Shown here in pieces: positions 38,583 through 47,506 of a DNA stretch of 48,945 nt; position 1 is the stretch's first letter; every line of letters starts with the position of its first letter. The notes under the pieces were generated by a model. The model had not been told where the DNA came from, ran no database searches, and saw nothing but the letters and a program-made list of their open reading frames with translations. Position numbers and translations under genes: made by a program. This DNA comes from an uncultured Sphingobacterium sp. (lineage in GTDB: Bacteria > Bacteroidota > Bacteroidia > Sphingobacteriales > Sphingobacteriaceae): NCBI GenBank assembly GCA_964529165.1, contig CAZGWG010000003.1, forward strand, positions 1 through 48,945, written 5' to 3'.

Positions 38583-39394
38583 TAGAAGTTAAAGATATTT
38601 CATTCTCTGCCGGAGGCAGGAAATTACTCGACAGGGTGAACCTGAAAGTAAAGCCTGGCGAAATGCTGGCCATTTTGGGTGCAAATGGTGCAGGTAAAAG
38701 CACTTTGCTTAAACTTTTAAGCCGGGAAATAGCTCCTGAGCATGGTTCAATTCTGTTTAATCAACGCAAGTTAAATGAATTTAAGCAAGTAGAACTTGCA
38801 CGTTTGCGTGCTGTACTGGCTCAGCATAATACGATTTCTATGTCTTTCAAAGTTCATGAGCTGGTTTTAATGGGGCGTTATCCACATTTTACCAGCCAGC
38901 CTTCTGAACATGATTATCAGATGGTACGCTTGTCTATGCAAGAAACCGATATTCTTCATCTGGCAGACAGGGATTATAATACACTGTCGGGAGGAGAACA
39001 ACAGCGTGTTCAACTGGCAAGAGTAATTGCTCAGATTTATGATGTACCAAAGGGCTTACTGTTTCTCGATGAGCCAACCAATGGTCTTGACATGCTCCAT
39101 CAGCAGAATATACTAACAACTGCACGCAGAATGGCTGATAAAGGTTATTGTGTCATTTGCATTTTGCATGATATCAATTTCGCATCCAGATATGCCGATA
39201 ATATTCTCATACTGAAGGCAGGTAAGGTAGTTGATCTCGGACCTCCAATAAGGGTAATTAACTGTGAAACTATTCACGAAGCATTTAATATTAAGGTGGA
39301 ATTAATGGATTGCGGGAATTCTGGATGTCCAATAGTAATACCAGGAACAGATTATATAAAATTAAAAAATAAACAAGATGAAACCACAAACTGA
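38579..39394 (+). CDS. hmuV: Hemin ABC transporter ATP-binding protein
   Basis: GANGAGKST, LSGGEQQRVQLARVIAQ, LDEPT, LHDIN. Confidence 0.92.
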   Translation: MIEVKDISFSAGGRKLLDRVNLKVKPGEMLAILGANGAGKSTLLKLLSREIAPEHGSILFNQRKLNEFKQVELARLRAVLAQHNTISMSFKVHELVLMGRYPHFTSQPSEHDYQMVRLSMQETDILHLADRDYNTLSGGEQQRVQLARVIAQIYDVPKGLLFLDEPTNGLDMLHQQNILTTARRMADKGYCVICILHDINFASRYADNILILKAGKVVDLGPPIRVINCETIHEAFNIKVELMDCGNSGCPIVIPGTDYIKLKNKQDETTN

Positions 39395-40403
39395 ACTAAT
39401 ACAACAATGGCAACAATTCAGAAATGAAAATCCAAAAGTAAGAATCAGAGATGCCGCAAAGCAACTGGGTCTTAGTGAGGCAGATCTTGTTGCTGCGGAT
39501 ATTAATAATGGTAATGTCCGTCTGAACGATGATTTTAAAGGGTTTTTAAAAGATGCTGAATCTTTAGGCTATGTAATGGCCTTAACAAGAAATGATCACT
39601 GCGTGCATGAACGTAAGGGTATATACCATAAAGCTTCATTTAATGGGAATGTGGGACTTTTAGTTAATCCGGATATTGATTTACGCTTATTTATGGATCA
39701 CTGGCATTTTGGTTTTGCAGTGAACGAGAATGGCCGCTTAAGTTTTCAGTTCTTTGATCAGGATGGAGAGGCAGTTCACAAGATTTATCGTACTGATAAA
39801 AGTAATCAGGATGCCTGGGATAAGCTGATAGAAGTTTACAAAGCAGAAAATCAAAGTCCCCATATTCGAACCGTTTCATTAACAGATTTATCAGTTGAGA
39901 AACCCGATGAAGAGATTGAGATTGCAGGATTCCAAAATGCCTGGCGTGAATTAAAGGATACACATCAGTTTCATGGACTTCTTAAAAGCTTTGGACTGAG
40001 TCGGATTCAGGCAATGAGACTTGCTCCTGAGGGATTTAGCGAAGAACTTGGTGTAGAAACTTTTAAAAGAATTATTCAGAATGTATCTGATGCCTCGGTT
40101 GAGATCATGGTGTTTACCGGAAGCCGCGGATGTATCCAGATCCATACAGGTGAAGCAAAGAATCTCCTGCAATCTGGTCCATGGTTTAATATTCTGGACC
40201 CTGAGTTTAACATGCACCTTCGGGAAGATGCTATTGCCTCGATTTGGCTTGTGAAAAAACCAACAACTGACGGGGTGGTAACCAGCCTGGAAGTTTATGA
40301 CGTAAAAGGGAATATTATTGTTCAGTTTTTCGGGAAGCGCAAGCCGGGTATCCCTGAGAGTGAGGCCTGGAGAGCAGCTTTGAAGGTAAACGCTATAGCT
40401 TAA
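39378..40403 (+). CDS. hemS: Hemin-degrading/trafficking factor (HemS/ChuS family)
   Basis: RIRDAA..LG.SEA.L, MALTRN..CVHE..G, IDLRLF, DTHQF, CIQIHTG, FNMHLRED, FFGKRKPG.PE. Confidence 0.92.
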   Translation: MKPQTELIQQWQQFRNENPKVRIRDAAKQLGLSEADLVAADINNGNVRLNDDFKGFLKDAESLGYVMALTRNDHCVHERKGIYHKASFNGNVGLLVNPDIDLRLFMDHWHFGFAVNENGRLSFQFFDQDGEAVHKIYRTDKSNQDAWDKLIEVYKAENQSPHIRTVSLTDLSVEKPDEEIEIAGFQNAWRELKDTHQFHGLLKSFGLSRIQAMRLAPEGFSEELGVETFKRIIQNVSDASVEIMVFTGSRGCIQIHTGEAKNLLQSGPWFNILDPEFNMHLREDAIASIWLVKKPTTDGVVTSLEVYDVKGNIIVQFFGKRKPGIPESEAWRAALKVNAIA

Positions 40404-40425
40404 TTAATTTACTTACAAATACCTG

Positions 40426-40455
40426 AAAGAGGGCTCCAAAAGGAGCCCTCTTTTT
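40426..40455. terminator. Bidirectional intrinsic terminator between hemS and the fasciclin gene
   Basis: AAAGAGGGCTCC-AAAA-GGAGCCCTCTTT(TT), a perfect 12-bp stem between convergent genes. Confidence 0.85.
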
Positions 40456-40464
40456 AATGACTCA

Positions 40465-41022
40465 TTAATTTGCCGGTGGTAATAGCACAGTATCAATTAC
40501 GTGGATAATCCCATTTGATGCGGGAATTGAGGTAATAATATTGGCTCCGTTTACAGTTACTTTCCCATCTTTTACTCCAATACGAATATCGTTCCCGTTT
40601 ACCTGCCCTATTACTTGTCCATCACTTAAACCCTCAACCTTAAATACCCCAACAGTAACATGATATTGCAGGATATTGGTCAGATTATCAATATTTTCCG
40701 GTTTCAAAAGATTGTCAACTGTTCCTGAAGGTAATTTATCAAAAGCCGAATTGCTAGGAGCAAATACGGTAAAGGGGCCTGCATTACTCAATGCATCCAC
40801 GAGTTTTGCTGCCTGAATAGCTGCTACAAGGGTTGTATGGTCTTTACTGCCAATTGCAACCTGAACAACATTCCTTTGCGACATGTCATCCTGAACTCCG
40901 GACTGTCCGACAGTCTGACTTTCTTCACCTGCCTCTGCACTGCTGCTTTTCTCTTGTTCATTATTACAGCTCAGCAGAACACAAATGCAGATCATAGATG
41001 TAGCTAATAAGATTTTTCTCAT
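40465..41022 (-). CDS. Fasciclin (FAS1) domain lipoprotein
   Basis: Lipobox LLSC, GPFTVFAPSNSAFDKL, ILQYHV, ASNGIIHVIDTVL. Confidence 0.93.
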   Translation of the reverse strand: MRKILLATSMICICVLLSCNNEQEKSSSAEAGEESQTVGQSGVQDDMSQRNVVQVAIGSKDHTTLVAAIQAAKLVDALSNAGPFTVFAPSNSAFDKLPSGTVDNLLKPENIDNLTNILQYHVTVGVFKVEGLSDGQVIGQVNGNDIRIGVKDGKVTVNGANIITSIPASNGIIHVIDTVLLPPAN

Positions 41023-41076
41023 GATTTTTAATTTAGTTTTGATGTACCCAAATTATTCAGAATTATACTTTAATAC

Positions 41077-41092
41077 TATGACTTCAGTCATA
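41077..41092. promoter_or_regulatory. Crp/Fnr-like box TATGACTTCAGTCATA upstream of the fasciclin gene
   Basis: Perfect 6-bp arms; 21 nt from the -7-like TAATTTGG on the minus strand (41048-41055). Confidence 0.7.
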
Positions 41093-41236
41093 TCCTAAAG
41101 GATTCTTTTTGAGAATTTTTGTAAATTAAATAACTGTAAATCAATACCTTGGGATTGTTTTTTGCTTGAGGCAAAAGGGTATGATGAGTAAATCTTTAGT
41201 TCCTGAAACTTTACAAGGACCAGTAATTTCTGCATT

Positions 41237-41266
41237 AAAAAAACCGGCTCTGAATTTTAGAGCCGG
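41237..41266 (-). terminator. Intrinsic terminator after the 595-aa gene
   Basis: CCGGCTCT/AGAGCCGG stem (41244-41266) with an A7 run at 41237-41243, i.e. a U-tract on the minus strand. Confidence 0.8.
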
Positions 41267-41282
41267 CTGATTCTTAGGTCAG

Positions 41283-43070
41283 TTAGACCCTCTGCTCAAC
41301 AACAGGACTTAAATGCTGTAGATTTTCTTCAATTTCCAGGAGTTGTTTTAACATTTTCTTCCTGTAAAGCTCAGTTTGGTCTGTAATTTTAGGGATCAGT
41401 TGTTTATAATATTCGATCCCGTTTTCTAACTGTTCTTTAAATTTCAGAATGTACTTTGCTTTTTTATCGTTCATTTCTTGAATTTGTCTGCTGATATCTT
41501 TCTTAAGATATTCTACATACAGATTCAGTTCATTGACAAAGAGGTTGGGACGATCCGGGTCATTCAATAGATTGAGTTTCCCATAGATATGACTAACCAT
41601 TTCATCCAATGAAAATTTCCCACTGAAATAGGCGATATTGGGTCCCGGGCATATAACAGTCGCCCGACTCTCTTTGGGTTTAAGGATGTTATTCTTTAAA
41701 TAAGCTGATGTCGCTAATCCTTCGCACAGACATAATTTTTCAGTTATCTCTTCAAATTTTGTCTGGAATTCTTCCGGCTGAAGACCTTCTTCTTTCAATT
41801 GCTTGATTTTAAGGTTCTGATATTCTCTTGATGCTGTGCAGATTGGTAGTTCAGTAAATTCCGTATTTGATGAAAGAAACTTCTTAACACACGGACTTCC
41901 GGGCCTGCCTTTGGCTATTCGTTCCAGACGCTGCTTTTCGGCAGAGCTTTTTCTGAAATTGTTGAAAGGAATGCCAAGAGGTGATGATCCGCTGATATAG
42001 AAATCATCATGTGTAGCGGTAGAGAGTAGTTCGAGGGTTTCAGAATCTACATTAGTTGCTTCGGGTACCAGTAAAAAAGGACTTCCCCATCCTGTGGCAT
42101 CCAGTTCATAATGACTCATCAGAAAATTGTTTTCATCTGAGGTTCCAATTCCTCCCTGCACACTGATCTTTAATTTAGGAGCATTGCTTAGCTGAATTCC
42201 CTTTTCTTCAATTGCCTTGCTGTAGATCAGAAATAATTCATCAAGCATTTCCTGCTTTTTAGTTTTGAACTCCTCCAGGATTGGCCCCAGAAGATAACCT
42301 TCAGTTGCAAAGGCATGTCCTCCGCAATTTAAACCAGATTCAATTCTGAATTCAGAAACCCAAAGTCCTTTTTTGGCGAGGAACTTTGCCTGAATCAAAG
42401 CCGATCTGAAATCACTTACTTTAAGGATGATACTTTTTCTGAAATTACTGAACTGGTCGGGTAAGAATTCAGAGAAATTTTCAAGGTAACTGTATAGCCT
42501 TGGATTCATCCCGGCCGAGAGGACTACAGGAGTGTTTAACTCACTCTCTGCAAATCCCTTTAGTGCTGAGAGTGCATCCGAAATCTGCTCACTGGTGGTA
42601 TTTGGATTCATTCGATCAACTTTTGCCATAATATTGACCTGAATCTCACCCTTCTCAATTTCATTACGGAGCTCATTCTGCAGAGCGATTTGTGCTTCAG
42701 CATTTTGTTCATTAAGCATCCGCTCATATTTTATTTTAAGCGGAGAACTTTCAGGTAAAAGATTGAAATATCTTGTTAAGTCAGTACCTTCTTCAAACGC
42801 TTCATGACGCAGTTTCTCAAATTGATTATCCACAATTCTTTTAACGAGATTAAGATATGCGCTGATTCTTTTACTACGGAAATCAGTTTCTTTGGGGTCT
42901 ATGGGAACAAATATCTCATTGTTTTTTTTAGTATATAACTGACGCATCCGCTCAATTAAAATATCATCTACTATCGACACCACGGAACTGATGCCGTAAC
43001 GGGCTACTTTTATTGGTGTGTCTACTGAATAGGCCAGACCAAGAACAGGAATATGAAATGTATGACTCAT
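41283..43070 (-). CDS. Uncharacterised 595-aa Cys-motif protein (possible FMN TIM-barrel/Fe-S oxidoreductase)
   Basis: Long clean ORF with ESGLNCGGHAF, VQGGIG, GWGSPFLLVPEA, and Cys motifs GSPC, ICTAS, CLCEGL, ICPGPN. Confidence 0.7.
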   Translation of the reverse strand: MSHTFHIPVLGLAYSVDTPIKVARYGISSVVSIVDDILIERMRQLYTKKNNEIFVPIDPKETDFRSKRISAYLNLVKRIVDNQFEKLRHEAFEEGTDLTRYFNLLPESSPLKIKYERMLNEQNAEAQIALQNELRNEIEKGEIQVNIMAKVDRMNPNTTSEQISDALSALKGFAESELNTPVVLSAGMNPRLYSYLENFSEFLPDQFSNFRKSIILKVSDFRSALIQAKFLAKKGLWVSEFRIESGLNCGGHAFATEGYLLGPILEEFKTKKQEMLDELFLIYSKAIEEKGIQLSNAPKLKISVQGGIGTSDENNFLMSHYELDATGWGSPFLLVPEATNVDSETLELLSTATHDDFYISGSSPLGIPFNNFRKSSAEKQRLERIAKGRPGSPCVKKFLSSNTEFTELPICTASREYQNLKIKQLKEEGLQPEEFQTKFEEITEKLCLCEGLATSAYLKNNILKPKESRATVICPGPNIAYFSGKFSLDEMVSHIYGKLNLLNDPDRPNLFVNELNLYVEYLKKDISRQIQEMNDKKAKYILKFKEQLENGIEYYKQLIPKITDQTELYRKKMLKQLLEIEENLQHLSPVVEQRV

Positions 43071-43131
43071 GAAAAGAATTAAAAGGGGTTAATCCACGAG
43101 TACAAATAAGGGCATTAAAGAGTTCTTAAAA

Positions 43132-43147
43132 TATGATAGCGGTCACA
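43132..43147. promoter_or_regulatory. Crp/Fnr-like box TATGATAGCGGTCACA upstream of the 595-aa gene
   Basis: Same consensus as the other boxes; 21 nt from CTTATTTG on the minus strand (43103-43110), a degenerate -7 element. Confidence 0.6.
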
Positions 43148-43226
43148 TATTAAATAATTTCCAGTGAGATTGCTAATTCTCAGATGCTTGGGAAACCGGA
43201 AATCAGATTTTTTGAGAGTTTCTGAA

Positions 43227-44486
43227 TTATTCCATTTCAAGTTTCCTGATTAGCTCGGCACTCTGAGCCCTGCCCTGATCAAGTCTTCCGGCAAAGAATG
43301 TTTTAACCTGATCAAAGTGCTGTTTATAACCTTCCATATCGCCGTAAACAATAAGTGATGACCATTCCCTGACTGCTGAATGAAACTCCAGATCATCTCC
43401 CCGAATAGTTTTATCAAATAAAGCAGTATGGATTGATTCTTCAAGTAGTTCCTCATTCTTGAAAAGATATTCAGCAATACCCAGCCTCAATCTGAAAGGG
43501 GGAGTCTGACAGATCAGATTATCATATGGATTAATCCCAAGATGATGCCATGCATCAACCATGCTTAGCAGACTAAGATGTGAATTTGGCTTTCGGCTTT
43601 CTGACCCTGCAGATAAAGAAAACTCCTGCATAACCTTTTCATCCAGCATGACTGGTTTATGATCCCGGCCAAAAATAAAGTCCCTGGCCTGATATAGCCG
43701 CTTCCGGAAGGCTGATTCTTCTTCTTTGATCATGAGTTTAAATAGCTCTGACTCTGAAACAGCATATCGCTTGATTTGATGACGGGCATAGGGATTTAAT
43801 ATTGCAAGACCTCCATAAATATGGGCTTTATAACTGAAGATTCTAAGTGTAATCAGAATTTTAACATTATCAATCCCGCCCAGATATGACGCATTTTCCC
43901 ATGGAAAAAAACCGGCTTCTTTCCATGCAGTTCCCATACTTTCAAAACCCATATGTGTTACAGCCTGGGTATCTGCAACAATTTTATCATGCTCATGAAA
44001 GTCGGCTATTTCAACTAATACAGAGCCCAGAGTCGAAAGAAGATCTGTCATTCGCTGATAGGCTTCTTTACTCGTTCTATGCGGAATAACAATCATTTTC
44101 TGACCTTTAGGATCGAATCCGGGACCATGCAAGGAATGACAGGTAATAATATGGGCATCCTTTGGTAGATATTTCTCAAAAGCTTCTATTTCAGGGTGTT
44201 TAACAGAGGTTTGTCCAGCTACAATCGCACCATATTTGGTATAGGAACCGTATAAACTCAGAACCTCAGTAATTCGTTCAGCTTCAACAGAATAAATAAT
44301 CACATCAGAAATTCTGGAAACAGCTTTGCCATCATCCATAATTTCAATCCCATAAGGACTTAGTTCAGTATCCAGACTCTGTCTGCGATGAGGCAGATCA
44401 CATCCGTAAACCCTGTACCCCGCTTTTGCAAAAGACTTCGCATAGATACAGCCCATGTCACCAAGACCAATGATTCCTATATTCAT
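43227..44486 (-). CDS. tyrA: Prephenate dehydrogenase, long fungal Tyr1-like type
   Basis: IGIIGLGDMG, GQTSVK.PE, HSLHGP, HDKIVADTQAVTH, PNSHLSLL, DDLEF...REW match recalled motifs of yeast Tyr1. Confidence 0.88.
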   Translation of the reverse strand: MNIGIIGLGDMGCIYAKSFAKAGYRVYGCDLPHRRQSLDTELSPYGIEIMDDGKAVSRISDVIIYSVEAERITEVLSLYGSYTKYGAIVAGQTSVKHPEIEAFEKYLPKDAHIITCHSLHGPGFDPKGQKMIVIPHRTSKEAYQRMTDLLSTLGSVLVEIADFHEHDKIVADTQAVTHMGFESMGTAWKEAGFFPWENASYLGGIDNVKILITLRIFSYKAHIYGGLAILNPYARHQIKRYAVSESELFKLMIKEEESAFRKRLYQARDFIFGRDHKPVMLDEKVMQEFSLSAGSESRKPNSHLSLLSMVDAWHHLGINPYDNLICQTPPFRLRLGIAEYLFKNEELLEESIHTALFDKTIRGDDLEFHSAVREWSSLIVYGDMEGYKQHFDQVKTFFAGRLDQGRAQSAELIRKLEME

Positions 44487-44681
44487 GTTTAAACTGTAAT
44501 GTATAGATGGACAAATAAATCTGCTGTTTATCCGGTTTTAACATTTAATTAAAATAAATCCTGCTGAAATATTTTCAGAAAGTATATTGCCCTCAAAAAG
44601 GTTAATATTATCGTCAATATTACATATTTTTCTCATATTTAATAAAGCCATATACATACGGCTGAATAAATAAATATCAAT

Positions 44682-46169
44682 ATGCCGGATTATATTTTAG
44701 CTCTCGATCAGGGTACAACAAGTTCCAGAGCCATTTTATTTAACCGTAAAGGCAGTATCATTGCGGTTTCACAAAAAGAATTTGAGCAGATTTATCCTAA
44801 GCCAGGATGGGTGGAACATGATCCGGTAGAAATCTTGTCCACTCAGGTTTCAGTAGCTACAGAGGCTATGGTTAAAGCCGGACTCAATCCCAGGGATATT
44901 CATGCAATTGGAATTACTAACCAAAGAGAAACAACAATTGTCTGGGATAAAGAAACAGGTATGCCTGTTTATAATGCAATTGTCTGGCAGGACCGGAGAA
45001 CTTCTGATTATTGTGATAGAATTAGAAAAGTGCATGGTGAAAAAATTCAGAAAAAGACCGGACTAATCATTGATTCGTACTTTTCTGCAACTAAAGTAAG
45101 GTGGATTCTTGAAAATGTTAAAGGAACGAGAGAGAAAGCCTTAGCGGGGAAACTTCTTTTTGGTACGGTAGATAGCTGGTTAATCTGGAAATTATCCGGA
45201 GGGAAATGTCATGTAACGGATGTGAGCAATGCCTCCCGTACAATGCTTTTTAATATAAACACCCTTGAATGGGATAAAGAATTACTTGAAATATTTGATA
45301 TTCCTGAATTGATGTTACCTCTGGTCAAATCCTCAAGTGAGGTATTTTGTGAGACAGCCGGGGATATTCTTGCATCTAAAATTCCTATTGCCGGAATTGC
45401 AGGAGATCAGCAGGCAGCACTTTTTGGCCAGATGTGCACTAAAGTAGGTATGGTAAAAAACACCTATGGTACAGGTTGCTTTATGCTGATGAATATTGGT
45501 AAAAAACCCAGTCTATCTTCCAATAATCTTCTTACAACCATTGCCTGGAAGATAAACGGGGAAGTGACTTATGCCCTGGAAGGAGGGATTTTTATCGGAG
45601 GAGCTGTAGTGCAATGGCTTAGGGACGAACTGGGTCTTATTAAATCATCTGGGGAAGTTGAAGAACTGGCTGCGAAAGTGAATGATACGGGAGGAGTTTA
45701 TATGGTTCCGGCTTTTGCCGGATTGGGTGCACCTCATTGGAATCAGCATGCAAGAGGAACAATTACAGGAATTACAAGGGGGACTAATTCTGGTCATTTT
45801 GCAAGGGCCGCGCTTGAAAGTATTGCTTTCCAAACAATGGATGTGCTGAAAGCAATGGAAGCCGATGCGGGAACTCCAATCAGTGAATTACGTGTGGATG
45901 GAGGAGCTACTGCCAATAATTTATTAATGCAGTTTCAGGCAGATATAATGAAATGCAGGGTTATCAGGCCAAAAGTTACCGAAGTGACTGCCCTGGGTGC
46001 AGCCTACCTTGCCGGACTTGCAACAGGTTTCTGGAGCAGTATTAATGAAATTGCTGAGCAATGGCAGGTTGAAAGGAATTTTGAACCTGAAGATTTGAAA
46101 AATTATGATGAACTTGTTAATGGCTGGAACAGGGCAGTAAGAGCCGCAAAGGCTAATTTAGACGATTGA
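44682..46169 (+). CDS. glpK: Glycerol kinase
   Basis: [53 protein letters not shown]. Confidence 0.97.
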   Translation: MPDYILALDQGTTSSRAILFNRKGSIIAVSQKEFEQIYPKPGWVEHDPVEILSTQVSVATEAMVKAGLNPRDIHAIGITNQRETTIVWDKETGMPVYNAIVWQDRRTSDYCDRIRKVHGEKIQKKTGLIIDSYFSATKVRWILENVKGTREKALAGKLLFGTVDSWLIWKLSGGKCHVTDVSNASRTMLFNINTLEWDKELLEIFDIPELMLPLVKSSSEVFCETAGDILASKIPIAGIAGDQQAALFGQMCTKVGMVKNTYGTGCFMLMNIGKKPSLSSNNLLTTIAWKINGEVTYALEGGIFIGGAVVQWLRDELGLIKSSGEVEELAAKVNDTGGVYMVPAFAGLGAPHWNQHARGTITGITRGTNSGHFARAALESIAFQTMDVLKAMEADAGTPISELRVDGGATANNLLMQFQADIMKCRVIRPKVTEVTALGAAYLAGLATGFWSSINEIAEQWQVERNFEPEDLKNYDELVNGWNRAVRAAKANLDD

Positions 46170-46188
46170 AAAAATAGACAGTTTAGAT

Positions 46189-46917
46189 ATGACACCTTTT
46201 TTAGCTGAATTTTTAGGCACCGGACTATTGATTTTATTGGGCAATGGGGTTGTTGCCAATGTTGTGTTAACAGGAACGAAAGGGAATGGGGGAGGTTGGA
46301 TTGTAATTACTACTGCCTGGGCCTTAGCTGTTTTTGTTGGAGTGGTTGTTTCTGCACCGTACAGTGGGGCTCATCTCAATCCTGCGGTTACCTTTGCACT
46401 TGCAATCAGCGGTAAATTTGAGTGGACACAGGTTCCCACTTATATGCTGGCTCAGATGCTTGGAGCTATGCTGGGTTCTTCATTAGCCTGGCTAAAGTAC
46501 AAAGATCATTTTGCCGCAACTGAAGATAAAGGATTAAAGCTTGCTGCATTTTGTACTGGCCCTGCAATAAGAAAAACCACCTCGAATTTAACGAGCGAGA
46601 TTATCGGGTCTTTTGTACTCTTGTTTGTTATATTCTATTTTACAAGTGCCGAAATCTCAGATACTAAAACACCTGTTGGCTTGGGATCACTGGGTGCTAT
46701 CCCGGTCATGTTCCTGGTTTGGTCTATAGGCCTTTCATTAGGTGGTACCACAGGCTATGCTATTAATCCGGTAAGAGATCTTGGTCCTCGAATTATGCAT
46801 GCCATACTTCCTGTAGCGGGTAAAGGCAGTTGCGACTGGTCCTATTCATGGATACCCGTTCTGGGACCTATGATTGGAGCCGGATTGGCCGCCCTCTTAT
46901 ACCTGGGGCTGAATTAG
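46189..46917 (+). CDS. glpF: Glycerol uptake facilitator (MIP family)
   Basis: SGAHLNPAVT, GGTTGYAINPVRDLGPR; directly follows glpK. Confidence 0.92.
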   Translation: MTPFLAEFLGTGLLILLGNGVVANVVLTGTKGNGGGWIVITTAWALAVFVGVVVSAPYSGAHLNPAVTFALAISGKFEWTQVPTYMLAQMLGAMLGSSLAWLKYKDHFAATEDKGLKLAAFCTGPAIRKTTSNLTSEIIGSFVLLFVIFYFTSAEISDTKTPVGLGSLGAIPVMFLVWSIGLSLGGTTGYAINPVRDLGPRIMHAILPVAGKGSCDWSYSWIPVLGPMIGAGLAALLYLGLN

Positions 46918-47506
46918 GTTTGGTATCCTAAAACTATCAAATTACCGAGACGTATTGGCTTTAATTTTAGCTTGCTTCAGCTCGATTTCATTCCCTTCAA
47001 ATTGGTTTCAATACATTATGCTGATCAACTTGTAGGGCTTTGGGTAAGGATTCATAAAAGCAATAGTCATTTGGTCCCGCAATCAAATTCAGCTTCCTTC
47101 TCAACCGCTTCTTGATATCACCATAAGGAATTACTTCCGGCTTGATATGAACCTAAAGTAAATAGGAACAAATGTCTAAGATGCAAGAATTAAATGGTCT
47201 TAGTTATATTTATGCAATGCTTAATTATACAGATTTAAAACGAAGTCTATCCATACTTTAGTCGTATGTTGGTCTGATAGAATTGTCATACATCCGACCA
47301 ATATGTGTCTAATATCCGTCAAAGTAATATAAAATTTGATGCATTAAATGCACTTCATCAACCTGAAATAACTAAACTGGTTTATTGATTAGTACTGATT
47401 GGCTTATAGCTGCAAGTTGTTTTATCTTTTTCTTAAACCTGAATATGAAGATCAATTTTGATTGAGTATTCCTGCGTTTTTATGTTCAAAAGACTATTTT
47501 TGTTAA

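Noticed and set aside
46918-47506. 590-bp gap: a roughly 50-codon open stretch on the minus strand and a weak inverted repeat near 47265-47305
   Set aside because: No convincing start codon or family motif, and no correctly spaced TATGA box; cannot support a gene, pseudogene or ncRNA call without a search.
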